Source: Candidatus Indicimonas acetifermentans (lineage in GTDB: Bacteria; Gemmatimonadota; Gemmatimonadetes; Palauibacterales; KS3-K002). From it: 64,000 nt of DNA. Location: assembly GCA_947581815.1 (NCBI GenBank), contig CANPVX010000002.1, forward strand, positions 381-64,380. The letters are read 5' to 3'. Below the pieces are notes generated by a model. That model had not been told where the DNA came from. It saw nothing but the letters and a program-made list of their open reading frames with translations, and made no database searches. The position numbers were made by a program, and so were the translations under genes. This document shows positions 19,643 to 29,290 of this stretch, one piece after another. Within the stretch, counting starts at the first letter, position 1. Each line of letters starts with the position of its first letter.

Positions 19643-21478
19643 TCACTCTACGGTGACACTCTTGGCTAGATTGCGCGGCTGGTCAACGTTGCAGCCCCTA
19701 AGAACGGCGATGTGGTAGGCTAGCAACTGCAGCGGAACCACGGTGAGCACAGGCTGCAGCATCTCGCGGGTCCGCGGAACTTTGATGATGTGGTCGGCGA
19801 GCCCGGACAGCTCACCATTCCCTTCGGTCGTAATTGCGATCACGCGCCCGCCTCGCGCCTTCACCTCTTCAATATTCGAGAGGACTTTCGTGTATACGCT
19901 ATCACGGGGCGCGATGACGACGACCGGCATATTCTCATCGATCAGGGCAATCGGGCCATGCTTCATCTCGGCCGCCGGGTATCCCTCGGCGTGGATGTAG
20001 CTGATCTCCTTCAGCTTGAGCGCGCCCTCGAGCGCGACCGGGAAATTGTAGCCACGGCCCAGGTACAGAAAGTTTGGATGCTCGTGGTACAGCTCGGCCA
20101 GCTCGCGGATCTCGTCGCTGCGATCGATGATCTCCTTGATCTGCATCGGTAACTTCCGCAGCGCCTCGACGATCTCGCGGCCCTGGAGCACTGACATGTT
20201 ACCCCGCCCGAGATAAAGACCCAGCAGCGCCAGCGCGACGACCTGAGATGTGAACGCCTTGGTGGAGGCTACGCCGATCTCGGGACCCGCGTGCAGGTAG
20301 ACACCGCAGTCGGATTCCCGGGCGATGGTCGAGCCGACGACATTGACGATGCTAACGCCTCGGGCTCCGTGTCGCTTCCCCTCACGCAGCGCCGCCAGAG
20401 TATCCGCTGTCTCGCCCGACTGGGAGATCGCGATGACCAGCGAGCGATCATCCAGCACCGGGTTGCGGTAGCGGAATTCAGAAGCGTACTCGGTCTCGAC
20501 AGGTATGCGCACGAACTCCTCGAGCATGTACTCGCCGATCAGGGCGGCATGCCAGGAGGTGCCGCACGCGGTGAAGATGATGTGATTGAAGCGATCGACT
20601 TCCTCGGGCGGCAGACAATTGCGAAGACCGCCCAGGCGCGCCGTCCCCTCCTCCTCGAGCAGGCGGCCCCGCATCGTGTCCTCAACCGAGTGAGGTTGCT
20701 CGATGATCTCCTTGAGCATGTAATGCGCGTGGCCGCCGCGTTCGATCTTGTCCAGATCCCACGAGACCTCGCTCACCTCTTTGATCAACGGTTGGCCCTT
20801 GAGGTCGAGCGTCTGGTAGCCATCCCGAGTCAGAACCGCCACCTCGCCATCGTCGAGATAGACGACGTTGCGCGTGTAGGCGACGACCGCCGCCGCGTCT
20901 GAAGCGACGAAGTACTGACCGTCATCTCCGATGCCGAGAAGCAGCGGCGAACCCAGCCTGGCCGCCACCACTTTCTCCGGATCTCGACTCGATACCACGG
21001 CGATCCCGTACGTCCCCTCCACTTGAGCCAGCGCCGCGGCCACGGCCTGCTCGAGGCTGTCCGCATACATCTCGTCGATCAAGTGAGCGAGGACCTCGGT
21101 ATCAGTCTCGCTGCGGAAGACGTGACCGAGCTCCCGGAGCTTGAGCCGTAGAGCGCCCGCGTTCTCGATTATGCCGTTGTGAACGACCGCGATCTCATCG
21201 CGACCGTCGTGGTGAGGATGAGCGTTCGGCGTGGTGGGGGCGCCGTGGGTGGCCCATCGCGTATGCGCGATACCGACGGTGCCCAACGGCATGTTGCCGT
21301 CGATCGACTCGACGAGCGCGTTCAGCTTGCCCGCTCGCTTACGAGTGTGCAGACTGCCGTCTGCCGCAATCGTCGTCAAGCCGGCGGAGTCGTAGCCGCG
21401 ATACTCGAGCCGGCGAAGCCCCTCAATGAGAAGCGGCGCCGCTTCGATCTTTCCTATGTAGCCTACGATTCCACACAT
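19643..21478 (-). CDS. glmS: glutamine--fructose-6-phosphate aminotransferase
   Basis: 611 aa. MCGIVGY N-terminal nucleophile, SIS domains, C-terminal ...VDQPRNLAKSVTVE. Confidence 0.97.
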   Translation of the reverse strand: MCGIVGYIGKIEAAPLLIEGLRRLEYRGYDSAGLTTIAADGSLHTRKRAGKLNALVESIDGNMPLGTVGIAHTRWATHGAPTTPNAHPHHDGRDEIAVVHNGIIENAGALRLKLRELGHVFRSETDTEVLAHLIDEMYADSLEQAVAAALAQVEGTYGIAVVSSRDPEKVVAARLGSPLLLGIGDDGQYFVASDAAAVVAYTRNVVYLDDGEVAVLTRDGYQTLDLKGQPLIKEVSEVSWDLDKIERGGHAHYMLKEIIEQPHSVEDTMRGRLLEEEGTARLGGLRNCLPPEEVDRFNHIIFTACGTSWHAALIGEYMLEEFVRIPVETEYASEFRYRNPVLDDRSLVIAISQSGETADTLAALREGKRHGARGVSIVNVVGSTIARESDCGVYLHAGPEIGVASTKAFTSQVVALALLGLYLGRGNMSVLQGREIVEALRKLPMQIKEIIDRSDEIRELAELYHEHPNFLYLGRGYNFPVALEGALKLKEISYIHAEGYPAAEMKHGPIALIDENMPVVVIAPRDSVYTKVLSNIEEVKARGGRVIAITTEGNGELSGLADHIIKVPRTREMLQPVLTVVPLQLLAYHIAVLRGCNVDQPRNLAKSVTVE

Positions 21479-21533
21479 TTGCTCAACACTCCCCTACACG
21501 CCCAGCTCGCGCTCCGAACGAGGATCACACACC

Positions 21534-22925
21534 TCAAGCGCCTCCGCCCTCTTGGATGATCCTCTTGCTCACCTCAATGAGCTCCAGAATCCGCGCCTCA
21601 TCGGACTCGAGGCCCTCGGCGATAAGACGCACGATCGGCTCCGTACCCGAGGGTCTGATGTGTAGCCAAAGGCTCTCCGACGCCCAACGAAGATAAAGCC
21701 CATCGCGCCGATCCACCTCAGCGTTCGGGAACGACTTCTGAATGTCGCCGGCCAGCCGGTCGAGTTCAAGCTCCGAGCGCGGGACCCGATCTTTCACGAT
21801 GTGGAACTGTGGGTATTCCGCGACGATTTCCCCGATTCCGGCGTCACCTTCGGCCAGGAGTTGCAGGATCAGTGCCATCGCGAGCGGCGCGTCCCGCGTG
21901 TGGTGCAGGGCCGGGAGGATTACCCCACCGTTCCCCTCCCCACCAATCACGGCGGCCTTCTCGCGCATAGCAACGGCCACGTGCGCTTCCCCTACCGGCG
22001 CCCGGTACAGTTCAACGCCCGCGCGCGCAGTCACCTCCTCGACGATCTGGCTGGTGGACAAGTTGGTCACCACCGGACCCGGCCGGTGTGACAGAACCAG
22101 CCGCGCCGCCAGGGCCAGAGTGTAGTCCTCCCCGATCGCCCTGCCCCGACCATCCACCAGCGCCAGCCGGTCCACATCGGGATCAACCGCCATACCCAAC
22201 TGGGCGCCTTCGCGCCTGACAACCTCGCACAGCCTCTCGAGATTCCGGGCGACGGGTTCGGGGTCGCGTGTGAAACGCCCGTCGGGCTCGAACTCGACCT
22301 CGGCGACGCGGCAACCCAGCCGCTCCAGCAGGCCCGGAAGGATCACGCCGCCGGCTCCCCGGCCGGCATCGACGGCGACGCTTATCGAGCGGGCTGCGAT
22401 CGCCTCCTGATCGATCAGATCGAGAGCGAGGATCCGCTCGATGTGACGATCGACCGACCCAGTGACCTGGTCTCGGGCCCCGAAGCCATCCCAGTCAGAA
22501 TAGCCGGGCAGGCGGCCTTCGCGCAGACCCGCAAGGAATTCGGATCCTTGCTCCGGCGTCAAGAACGCGCCCTCAGAGCTCGCCAGCTTGAGCGCGTTCC
22601 ACTCCCGCGGGTTGTGGCTGGCGCTGATCACGATTCCGCCGCCGAGACCCCGCTCCTCGATCTCCAGCAGCGCGGTCGGTGTCGGGACGAGGCCGAGGTC
22701 GCAGACGCGACATCCCACGGACGCCAGCCCGGCAGCCGCAGCGTCGAGGAGCGCCGGGCCGCTGGGGCGCGAGTCGCGCGCCAGGACCAGATCGCGACCC
22801 CAACCTTGGCCCTGCACGTAGGAGCCGAACGCCGCAGCGAACCGCGCCACCCTATCGGGTGTCAGGTCGACGCCGACTCGGCCTCGGATGCCCGAGATGC
22901 TGACGATCAATCCTTCTGGGAACAT
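21534..22925 (-). CDS. glmM: phosphoglucosamine mutase / phosphohexomutase
   Basis: GIRGRVG, the SASHNPREWNALK phosphoserine loop and a GEGNGG sugar-binding loop. The ORF stays open for another 160 codons upstream; the start was chosen at the MFPEGLIVS Met. Adjacent to glmS. Confidence 0.85.
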   Translation of the reverse strand: MFPEGLIVSISGIRGRVGVDLTPDRVARFAAAFGSYVQGQGWGRDLVLARDSRPSGPALLDAAAAGLASVGCRVCDLGLVPTPTALLEIEERGLGGGIVISASHNPREWNALKLASSEGAFLTPEQGSEFLAGLREGRLPGYSDWDGFGARDQVTGSVDRHIERILALDLIDQEAIAARSISVAVDAGRGAGGVILPGLLERLGCRVAEVEFEPDGRFTRDPEPVARNLERLCEVVRREGAQLGMAVDPDVDRLALVDGRGRAIGEDYTLALAARLVLSHRPGPVVTNLSTSQIVEEVTARAGVELYRAPVGEAHVAVAMREKAAVIGGEGNGGVILPALHHTRDAPLAMALILQLLAEGDAGIGEIVAEYPQFHIVKDRVPRSELELDRLAGDIQKSFPNAEVDRRDGLYLRWASESLWLHIRPSGTEPIVRLIAEGLESDEARILELIEVSKRIIQEGGGA

Positions 22926-23158
22926 GTCCACTCGAACCGGCTCTTCTAAATAGATAGAGCGAAGGTGCTGTCGGTAGCGCGGGGGGCGAGGGGGCCAGCG
23001 CAGAGACCTGTAAATAGACTTGAAAGTGGCGACCGATTCAAGGGGATTCGCTCGCTGGACGCCGAACCGCGAGCGGGGTACACTTGTGTAGTCTTCATGA
23101 TAACCGTCTTCTGTCGGCGTCCCGCGCGCGCCCCAGAGGCATATGAAATGGATAGACG

Positions 23159-24316
23159 ATGAAGTCCGATAGAGAATTCCGTTTCGCGACCCTGGCCGTC
23201 CACGCCGGCCAAGACCCCGATCCGACCACCGGCGCCGTGATGCCGCCGATCTATCAGACGTCGACCTACGCTCAGGAATCGTTCGGAGTTCACAAGGGTT
23301 ACGACTATTCACGCGGCGCAAACCCCACGCGTAGCTTCTTGGAGAAGAACGTAGCGGCTCTGGAGGGCGCAGTGTATGGAGCCGCGTTCGCTTCCGGCCT
23401 CGCATCGATCGAGGCGATGATCAAACGCTACTCGGTCGGAGATCACATCATCAGCGGCGCGAATGTGTATGGCGGCACCGACCGTATGTTCAGACAGGTC
23501 TTCGCCAAGCTCGGGCTGGAGTTTTCGTTCGTCGATACGCGCGACCCCGACAAGATCAGCGAAGCGGTCAGAGCCGAGACGCGACTGATCCTCGTCGAGA
23601 CGCCTACAAACCCGCTGATGCACATCACGGATATCGCCGTCGCGGCGGAGATCGCGCACGACGCGGGCGCGTTGCTGATGGTCGACAACACTTTCGCCAC
23701 GCCTTACTTCCAGCGGCCGCTGGAGCTCGGCGCGGACGCTGTGATGCACTCCAGCACCAAGTACCTAAACGGGCATAGCGACGTGATCGGCGGGATCGTC
23801 GTCACGTCCAACGAGGAGGTCGCCGAACACCTGCACTTCATGCAGAAAGCGACCGGGGGCGTCCCGGGTCCGTTAGATTGCTGGCTCGTGCTTCGCGGGA
23901 CCAAAACGCTCCACACGCGGATGGAGGCGCACCAGCGCAACGCTCTTAGGATAGCAGAGTGGCTGGAAGGCGACGAGCGCGCGGCCGATGTCTTCTATCC
24001 CGGGCTTCCATCCCACCCACAGCACGAGCTGGCCAAGAAGCAGATGAGCGGCTTTTCTGGAATGGTCTCCGTCGAGCTCGGTACCCGCGGGCGGGCCGAG
24101 GAATTCGCCCGCGAGACACGTGTATTCTCCCTGGCGGAGAGCCTCGGCGGCGTCGAGAGCTTGATCAGCCACCCCGCATCTATGACTCACGCCGCGGTTT
24201 CGGAAGAGCACCGGGCCGAGCTCGGCATAACTGAGGGCCTGGTTCGCCTCTCGATCGGTATCGAGGATATCGAAGACCTGATTGACGATCTGGATCGGGC
24301 TCTACCCGCCGCCTGA
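23159..24316 (+). CDS. Cys/Met-metabolism PLP enzyme (cystathionine gamma-synthase/lyase family)
   Basis: 385 aa. FATLAVHAGQ...YSRGANPTR...SSTKYLNGHSD places the PLP-lysine in the SxTKY motif. Confidence 0.85.
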   Translation: MKSDREFRFATLAVHAGQDPDPTTGAVMPPIYQTSTYAQESFGVHKGYDYSRGANPTRSFLEKNVAALEGAVYGAAFASGLASIEAMIKRYSVGDHIISGANVYGGTDRMFRQVFAKLGLEFSFVDTRDPDKISEAVRAETRLILVETPTNPLMHITDIAVAAEIAHDAGALLMVDNTFATPYFQRPLELGADAVMHSSTKYLNGHSDVIGGIVVTSNEEVAEHLHFMQKATGGVPGPLDCWLVLRGTKTLHTRMEAHQRNALRIAEWLEGDERAADVFYPGLPSHPQHELAKKQMSGFSGMVSVELGTRGRAEEFARETRVFSLAESLGGVESLISHPASMTHAAVSEEHRAELGITEGLVRLSIGIEDIEDLIDDLDRALPAA

Positions 24317-24357
24317 GCGCGTGCGCGAGCTCGGATTGAACACAAGATGAACCGGCC

Positions 24358-25647
24358 ATGAAGCTACTCGTGATCGGCTCGGGCGGCCGCGAGCACACAC
24401 TCGTTTGGAAACTCCGACAGGAAGAACCCGACGCGCAGATATTCGCCGCGCCGGGGAACGGCGGGACGATGTCACTCGCCGAGTCCGTGGCTCTGACGGT
24501 GGACCAGATTGATGGGCTCGCCGATTTCGCGGAGTCGCGACAGATCGATCTCACGGTGGTCGGACCCGAGGCGCCGCTCGCGGCTGGGATCGTCGACCTG
24601 TTTCAGGAGCGCGGCCTGGCGATCTTCGGCCCGTCCAAGGCGGCCGCCGAGATCGAGAGCTCAAAAGCCTTCGCTAAGGAGGTGATGCAGAAGGCTGGAA
24701 TCCCGACCGCGCCACATCGCACGTTCAACGACTTCCCAGAGGCGCAAAGCTACATCCGCGAACGTGGCGCTCCTATCGTCGTGAAAGCTTCGGGTTTGGC
24801 CGCCGGCAAAGGCGCTATCGTCTGCCGGACTGCAGACGAGGCCGTCGACGCCGCTCGATCGATGTTGATCGAGCAGCGCTTCGGCAGCGCCGGCGCGACC
24901 GTCGTAGTGGAGGACTTTCTCAGCGGCGAGGAGCTCTCCGTCCTTGTCATCACCGATGGCGAGGCCGCCCAGCCGCTCGCCGCCTCCCAGGACCATAAGC
25001 CGATCGGCGAAGGCGACGCCGGACCCAATACCGGCGGGATGGGCGCATACGCTCCGGTCTCGATCGCCGACGACAGCATGATCGCTCGAGTGATGGAGAC
25101 CATCGTACTCCCCACCCTCGCCGAGATGAAGACGCAGGGTCGAACCTACCGCGGTGTGCTCTATTGCGGACTGACCGTCGTCGAGGGAGAGCCATTCGTC
25201 ATCGAGTTCAATTGTCGGTTCGGCGATCCCGAGACCCAGGCCGTCCTGCCGATCACGGACAGCCCGCTGCTGCCGGTTTTCGGGCGCATCGCTCGAGGAG
25301 AGACGATCGAAGATCTGAGATTGGCCACAACCTCGCGATCCGCCGTCTGCACCGTGCTGGCATCTGCGGGCTACCCCGGATCGTATTCGAAGGGACACAC
25401 GATCCTCATCCCCGAGTCGATTCAAGATGACCCCGGTCTGCTGGTATTCCACGCGGGCACAGCTCTCGACCCCGAGGGAGGCATGATCACGGCAGGGGGC
25501 CGGGTGCTCAGCGTCGTCGGCCTGGGAGCAAACGCGACCGAAGCTGCACGTAAGTCGAAGGAAGCGGCCGAGGCCATCCAGTTCGAGGGGAAATACTTCC
25601 GCCGCGACATCGGATTTCGTGAAATAGAGCGCGAGCGCTCGCGCTAA
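24358..25647 (+). CDS. purD: phosphoribosylamine--glycine ligase
   Basis: 429 aa. MKLLVIGSGGREHTLVWKL N-terminus and ATP-grasp. Confidence 0.95.
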   Translation: MKLLVIGSGGREHTLVWKLRQEEPDAQIFAAPGNGGTMSLAESVALTVDQIDGLADFAESRQIDLTVVGPEAPLAAGIVDLFQERGLAIFGPSKAAAEIESSKAFAKEVMQKAGIPTAPHRTFNDFPEAQSYIRERGAPIVVKASGLAAGKGAIVCRTADEAVDAARSMLIEQRFGSAGATVVVEDFLSGEELSVLVITDGEAAQPLAASQDHKPIGEGDAGPNTGGMGAYAPVSIADDSMIARVMETIVLPTLAEMKTQGRTYRGVLYCGLTVVEGEPFVIEFNCRFGDPETQAVLPITDSPLLPVFGRIARGETIEDLRLATTSRSAVCTVLASAGYPGSYSKGHTILIPESIQDDPGLLVFHAGTALDPEGGMITAGGRVLSVVGLGANATEAARKSKEAAEAIQFEGKYFRRDIGFREIERERSR

Positions 25648-25649
25648 CC

Positions 25650-26480
25650 GTGCCGGAGCTACCCGAAGCCGAGACGATCGCCCGCGGCCTCCACAGCCGC
25701 ATGGCGGGTCAAGTCGTGCGCCGCGTGCGTGTGCACCGCGATGAGGTCGTCGAACCGCTCAGGCCCCGCACGTTCGTGCGCAGGCTCACGGGCCGACGCA
25801 TCCTTTCAGTGGGCCGGCGGGCGAAGTGGATCACCGCCGAGCTCGACGACGGAAGCCGCTGGGTCACTCAGCTGCGCATGACCGGTCGGTTCAGCTGGGA
25901 ACCACCCGGCGCGCTGCGCTCCGCTCCCCACCTCGCCGCCAGCCTGCTCGTGGAAGGTCGCCGCGAATCCGGGATTGTACGCTTTTTCGATGTTCGCCGG
26001 TTCGGTCGCATGTGGGTGCTCCCCGAAACGGAGTGGGCGGACATCGACTCCAGGCTTGGAATCGAGCCGCTCTCCCCTCAGTTCACGCCCGAGCGCCTGG
26101 CCGAGCGCTTCACTCGCTCGCGTGCCCCTATACGCAACGCCCTACTCGATCAGCGGCGCATCGCCGGTATCGGCAACATCTACGCGAACGAGGTCTGCCA
26201 TCTGGCCCGGCTCGATCCGCGTCGACCGTCGCTTAGCCTGGGCGCGAGCGAAATCGAACGCCTCCACTCCGCGATTCGGTCGGTTTTGGCCAGGGCTATA
26301 GCGCGCCAGGGCACCTCGTTCAGCGACTACCGGAGCGTGGCTGGCGAGGAAGGAGAGTTTCAAAACGAGCTGGCGGTTTACGGCCGGGCCGGTGAAGCGT
26401 GCCCGCGCTGTGGAGAAGAGATCGCAAGGGTAGTCATGGCCGGCAGGTCGGCTTTCCTCTGCTCCACCTGCCAGCGCTGA
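25650..26480 (+). CDS. mutM: formamidopyrimidine-DNA glycosylase
   Basis: GTG start. PELPEAETI (catalytic Pro2/Glu3) and a C-terminal CPRCGEEIARVVMAGRSAFLCSTCQ zinc finger. Confidence 0.92.
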   Translation: MPELPEAETIARGLHSRMAGQVVRRVRVHRDEVVEPLRPRTFVRRLTGRRILSVGRRAKWITAELDDGSRWVTQLRMTGRFSWEPPGALRSAPHLAASLLVEGRRESGIVRFFDVRRFGRMWVLPETEWADIDSRLGIEPLSPQFTPERLAERFTRSRAPIRNALLDQRRIAGIGNIYANEVCHLARLDPRRPSLSLGASEIERLHSAIRSVLARAIARQGTSFSDYRSVAGEEGEFQNELAVYGRAGEACPRCGEEIARVVMAGRSAFLCSTCQR

Positions 26481-26513
26481 GTTGAAGCGTCCCGCCTAAA
26501 GATTATAGACAAA

Positions 26514-26554
26514 CAAAAAAACATGAGGGGCCGCGGCCAAGGCCGACGACCCCA
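26514..26554 (-). terminator. candidate intrinsic terminator for the minus-strand yfcE/ubiX/ubiA operon (imperfect GC hairpin followed by a U7 run on the minus strand)
   Basis: On the plus strand this reads aaaaaaacatgaggggccgcggccaaggccgacgacccc. Read on the minus strand it is a hairpin, a 5-nt spacer, then TTTTTTT. It lies in a low-GC spacer. Confidence 0.3.
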
Positions 26555-26699
26555 TCACGTTTGCGGAGCAAGGTGGGAATAGGATAGGGTGGACCGCCTT
26601 TCAGCAGTCCCGTTGCGGAGTTCCCCCTAACTCAATTCTTAGATGCACCACCTAACCTCAGGGTTGCACCTCCCTGGCTGTCATTCCGAAGACTTTCTT

Positions 26700-27182
26700 C
26701 TAGAGATCGATGAGGCGGGCGCCGGGCCGTTTCCCCGCTTCCAGCGTCAAGATCGCGGTGGACACAGGGTTGTCGAACCGCCGGTGTCCGGCGCTGCCGG
26801 GATTGATCACCAGCGCTTCACCTGCCCGCTCGATGAGTTGCCGGTGCGTATGCCCGTAAACGATGACCGAAAATCCGGGATAGGCTTCGATCAGATTCGA
26901 AACTTTCGGCGAGCCCCACTGGTGTCCGTGTATGACGGCGATCTTGTGGTTCAGCCGCTCGAGCTCGAGGGTCTCGGGCGCCTCCGCTCTGATCTCCAAA
27001 CCATCGACGTTCCCGTAGACGGCGTGCACCGGTGCAATCACCTCGAGCTCCGTTAGAATCGCTTCATCCCCCACATCCCCAGCGTGGAGGATCTCATCGA
27101 CGCCATCGAACGCCGCGTACACCTCGCTACGCAGCAGACCGTGCGTATCGGAGATCAGACCTATCCGAAGGACCTGGCTCAC
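26700..27182 (-). CDS. YfcE/MJ0936-family metallophosphoesterase
   Basis: 160 aa. GLISDTHG...HAGDVGD...GNVDG...GHTH motifs. Confidence 0.8.
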   Translation of the reverse strand: MSQVLRIGLISDTHGLLRSEVYAAFDGVDEILHAGDVGDEAILTELEVIAPVHAVYGNVDGLEIRAEAPETLELERLNHKIAVIHGHQWGSPKVSNLIEAYPGFSVIVYGHTHRQLIERAGEALVINPGSAGHRRFDNPVSTAILTLEAGKRPGARLIDL

Positions 27183-27786
27183 TCGCCTTGCCAGCGCGGC
27201 CCGAGATCGTGCTCTACGTCCATATGGTCCAAGATCCGGGCAACGACGAAGTCCACCAGGTCGTCGATGCCTGCGGGATTCGCGTAGAATCCGGGTGCCG
27301 CCGGCATCACGATGGCGCCCGCCTGTGTGACAGTCAGCATATTGCGAAGGTGGATCTCCGAGAGCGGGGTCTCTCGTGGCACGAGGACCAGACGGCGGCG
27401 TTCCTTCAGGGCAACGTCCGCGGCGCGCTCGATCAGCGAGCGCGAGTTACCGTTGGCGATCGCCGACAGAGTCCCCATGGAGCACGGGCAGATCGCCATC
27501 CCGCGCGAGCGCGCGGAGCCGGAGGCGGGCTTGGCACCGCGATCCGAGTCGTCAGCGAGCTGCACCCGACCCCAATCACCTGGAATTCGCTCGCGCAGCG
27601 CGGCCTCGTCCTCGATCCCCGTCTCGAGCCTCAGCAACCGCCATCCATGGCTCGAAATGATCAAGAACGTGGGGACCCGGAGATCGACCAGGGCGCGTAT
27701 CAAGCGCACCGCGTACGGCGCGCCCGAGGCTCCCGTGACGCCCAGGACGAGAGGAGCATTCGTATCACGCACGGCACCCTCCAATC
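27179..27786 (-). CDS. ubiX: flavin prenyltransferase UbiX-type (MqnL-like)
   Basis: LVLGVTGASGAPYAVRL...MAICPCSMGTLSAIANG...LVLVPRETPL is canonical UbiX/Pad1. GTG start chosen at 27786; the ORF is open further upstream in the same frame. Confidence 0.9.
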
Positions 27787-27792
27787 TTCGGT

Positions 27793-28686
27793 TCAGCGCA
27801 GAACTCGATCGAGCACGATGAACGCGCAGAACACGGCTGAGATCAGAGCGTTCACGTTGAAGAACGCCGCGTTCAGACGCGAGAGATCGTCCGGCCGGAC
27901 TAGCGAGTGCTCGTATACGAGTGCCACAGCGACCACGGCCACGCCGACGAAGTAGAGCGCACCCACCTCCGTGAACGAGAGGCCAGCGGCCAGCAGACTG
28001 AGAACGGCCAGCGCTTGAAACAGACGGGAGTACCAGATCGCTTTTCGCATGCCGTAGCGAGCGGGGATGGAGTGGAGCCCCTCCGCCCGGTCTACGTCCA
28101 CATCCTGAAGTGCGTAAAGCACATCGAATCCGGCGACCCAAAACCCCACCGCCAATGCCAGAAGCGGCAGAAGGTACCACGGATCGCTCCAGCGACCCGA
28201 CACGGCCAGGTAGGCGGCGGCAGGCGCGATACCGTCAGCTATGCCCAGGCCGACGTGGGTCAGAACGGTGTAGCGCTTGAGGTAGCTGTAGGTGAGTAAC
28301 ACCGCGAGTGCCACCGGCGACAGCGCCAGTACAAGCGGGTTTAGCATGGCCGCTGCGAAGAAAAAGACCGCGCTCGCCGCTACGATCGAGAACTTCGCCT
28401 CTTTGACCGACAGGCGGCCCGAAGGCAGTTCGCGCCGGGCGGTCCGAGGGTTCCGCGCATCGAAATCCCTGTCGACGACTCGATTGTGCGCCATGGCCGC
28501 GAAGCGGGCGGCCGTGAACGCAACCACGATCCAGATCGCCTGGCCCACCGTCACAGGGAACTTGTAGGAAGCCAGCGCTGCCCCAACCACAGCGAACGGC
28601 AAGGCGAACGCGGTATGGGGCAACCTGACGAGGTTGCTATACAGGAAAATCCTGCTCGTCCCGCCGATCGTTTGCGGTTCGGACAC
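27793..28686 (-). CDS. ubiA: UbiA-family aromatic prenyltransferase (4-hydroxybenzoate polyprenyltransferase / MqnP-like)
   Basis: 297 aa polytopic. NRVVDRDFD and DVDVDRAEG Asp-rich motifs. Confidence 0.88.
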   Translation of the reverse strand: MSEPQTIGGTSRIFLYSNLVRLPHTAFALPFAVVGAALASYKFPVTVGQAIWIVVAFTAARFAAMAHNRVVDRDFDARNPRTARRELPSGRLSVKEAKFSIVAASAVFFFAAAMLNPLVLALSPVALAVLLTYSYLKRYTVLTHVGLGIADGIAPAAAYLAVSGRWSDPWYLLPLLALAVGFWVAGFDVLYALQDVDVDRAEGLHSIPARYGMRKAIWYSRLFQALAVLSLLAAGLSFTEVGALYFVGVAVVAVALVYEHSLVRPDDLSRLNAAFFNVNALISAVFCAFIVLDRVLR

Positions 28687-28761
28687 CGGTTCGTCTCGAA
28701 GATGAGCTGCGTGCTGTCTAGAGGTGTGAGTCTAAGCTCGTGGAGTCGCTGTGCCAACCGG

Positions 28762-29223
28762 CTAGGTTCCGAGGGTGCGGACGGAGCCCCCTCGATAGGC
28801 GATACAGGCGGCGAAGCCCATGAGCAACCCTTCGGCAAGCCAAAGCACGTACTTGAACTCAGCGGCGCCGCTCGTCGCCAGCGACAGCTGCCGCTGCAGA
28901 TCTACGCCCCGGAAGAGAACCGTGGCTGTCGGAGCCGCGCGCAGAAAATCGAAGAGCGACATGGAAGGCGGTATGCCGGTGCTGGCTAGCCAGAAGATCA
29001 AGTGGATGAGCAAATACGCCGCGAAGCTCACGCCGAAGATATACCCGTAGCTCCAGCGCGGAGGTTGGCGATGACGCGCCGACGAAGGTGCAGCCGCCGC
29101 TTCGCCGACGACTACGCCGAGCGCCAGGGGCTCGAGGGCCAGGACCCATATCCAAGTCCGGAGGACACCCGTCACCACCGCTATCGCCAGAGCCACCATC
29201 GTGCCGATGTAGAGCCCGCGCAT
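28762..29223 (-). CDS. hypothetical integral membrane protein (153 aa, about 4 TM)
   Basis: Hydrophobic segments only. Confidence 0.45.
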   Translation of the reverse strand: MRGLYIGTMVALAIAVVTGVLRTWIWVLALEPLALGVVVGEAAAAPSSARHRQPPRWSYGYIFGVSFAAYLLIHLIFWLASTGIPPSMSLFDFLRAAPTATVLFRGVDLQRQLSLATSGAAEFKYVLWLAEGLLMGFAACIAYRGGSVRTLGT

Positions 29224-29290
29224 GACAGTCTCTGACGCCGCCAGAATCTGCGCCCCAGAGGAGGCTTCCGAAGTCCGCCCCAGCTCTTCG

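Noticed and set aside
21479-21533. Possibility of a glmS ribozyme upstream of glmS
   Set aside because: Only about 55 nt separate the glmM stop from the glmS start. That is far too short for the roughly 170-nt ribozyme, and no conserved core is visible.
22926-23158. 233-bp leader upstream of the metB/metC-family gene as a possible SAM riboswitch
   Set aside because: I could not recognise SAM-I, SAM-II or SAM-V consensus helices by eye. Without a covariance-model scan the call is unsupported.
22926-23405. 160-codon N-terminal extension of the glmM ORF
   Set aside because: Extension sequence is Arg/Ser/Pro-rich with no homology. The phosphohexomutase fold starts at MFPEGLIVSISGIRG.
27786-28180. 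333-aa ORF extending ubiX upstream through ubiA
   Set aside because: The extension overlaps the entire ubiA gene in another frame. UbiX homology begins at LVLGVTGASG, so a GTG start at 27786 is far more plausible.
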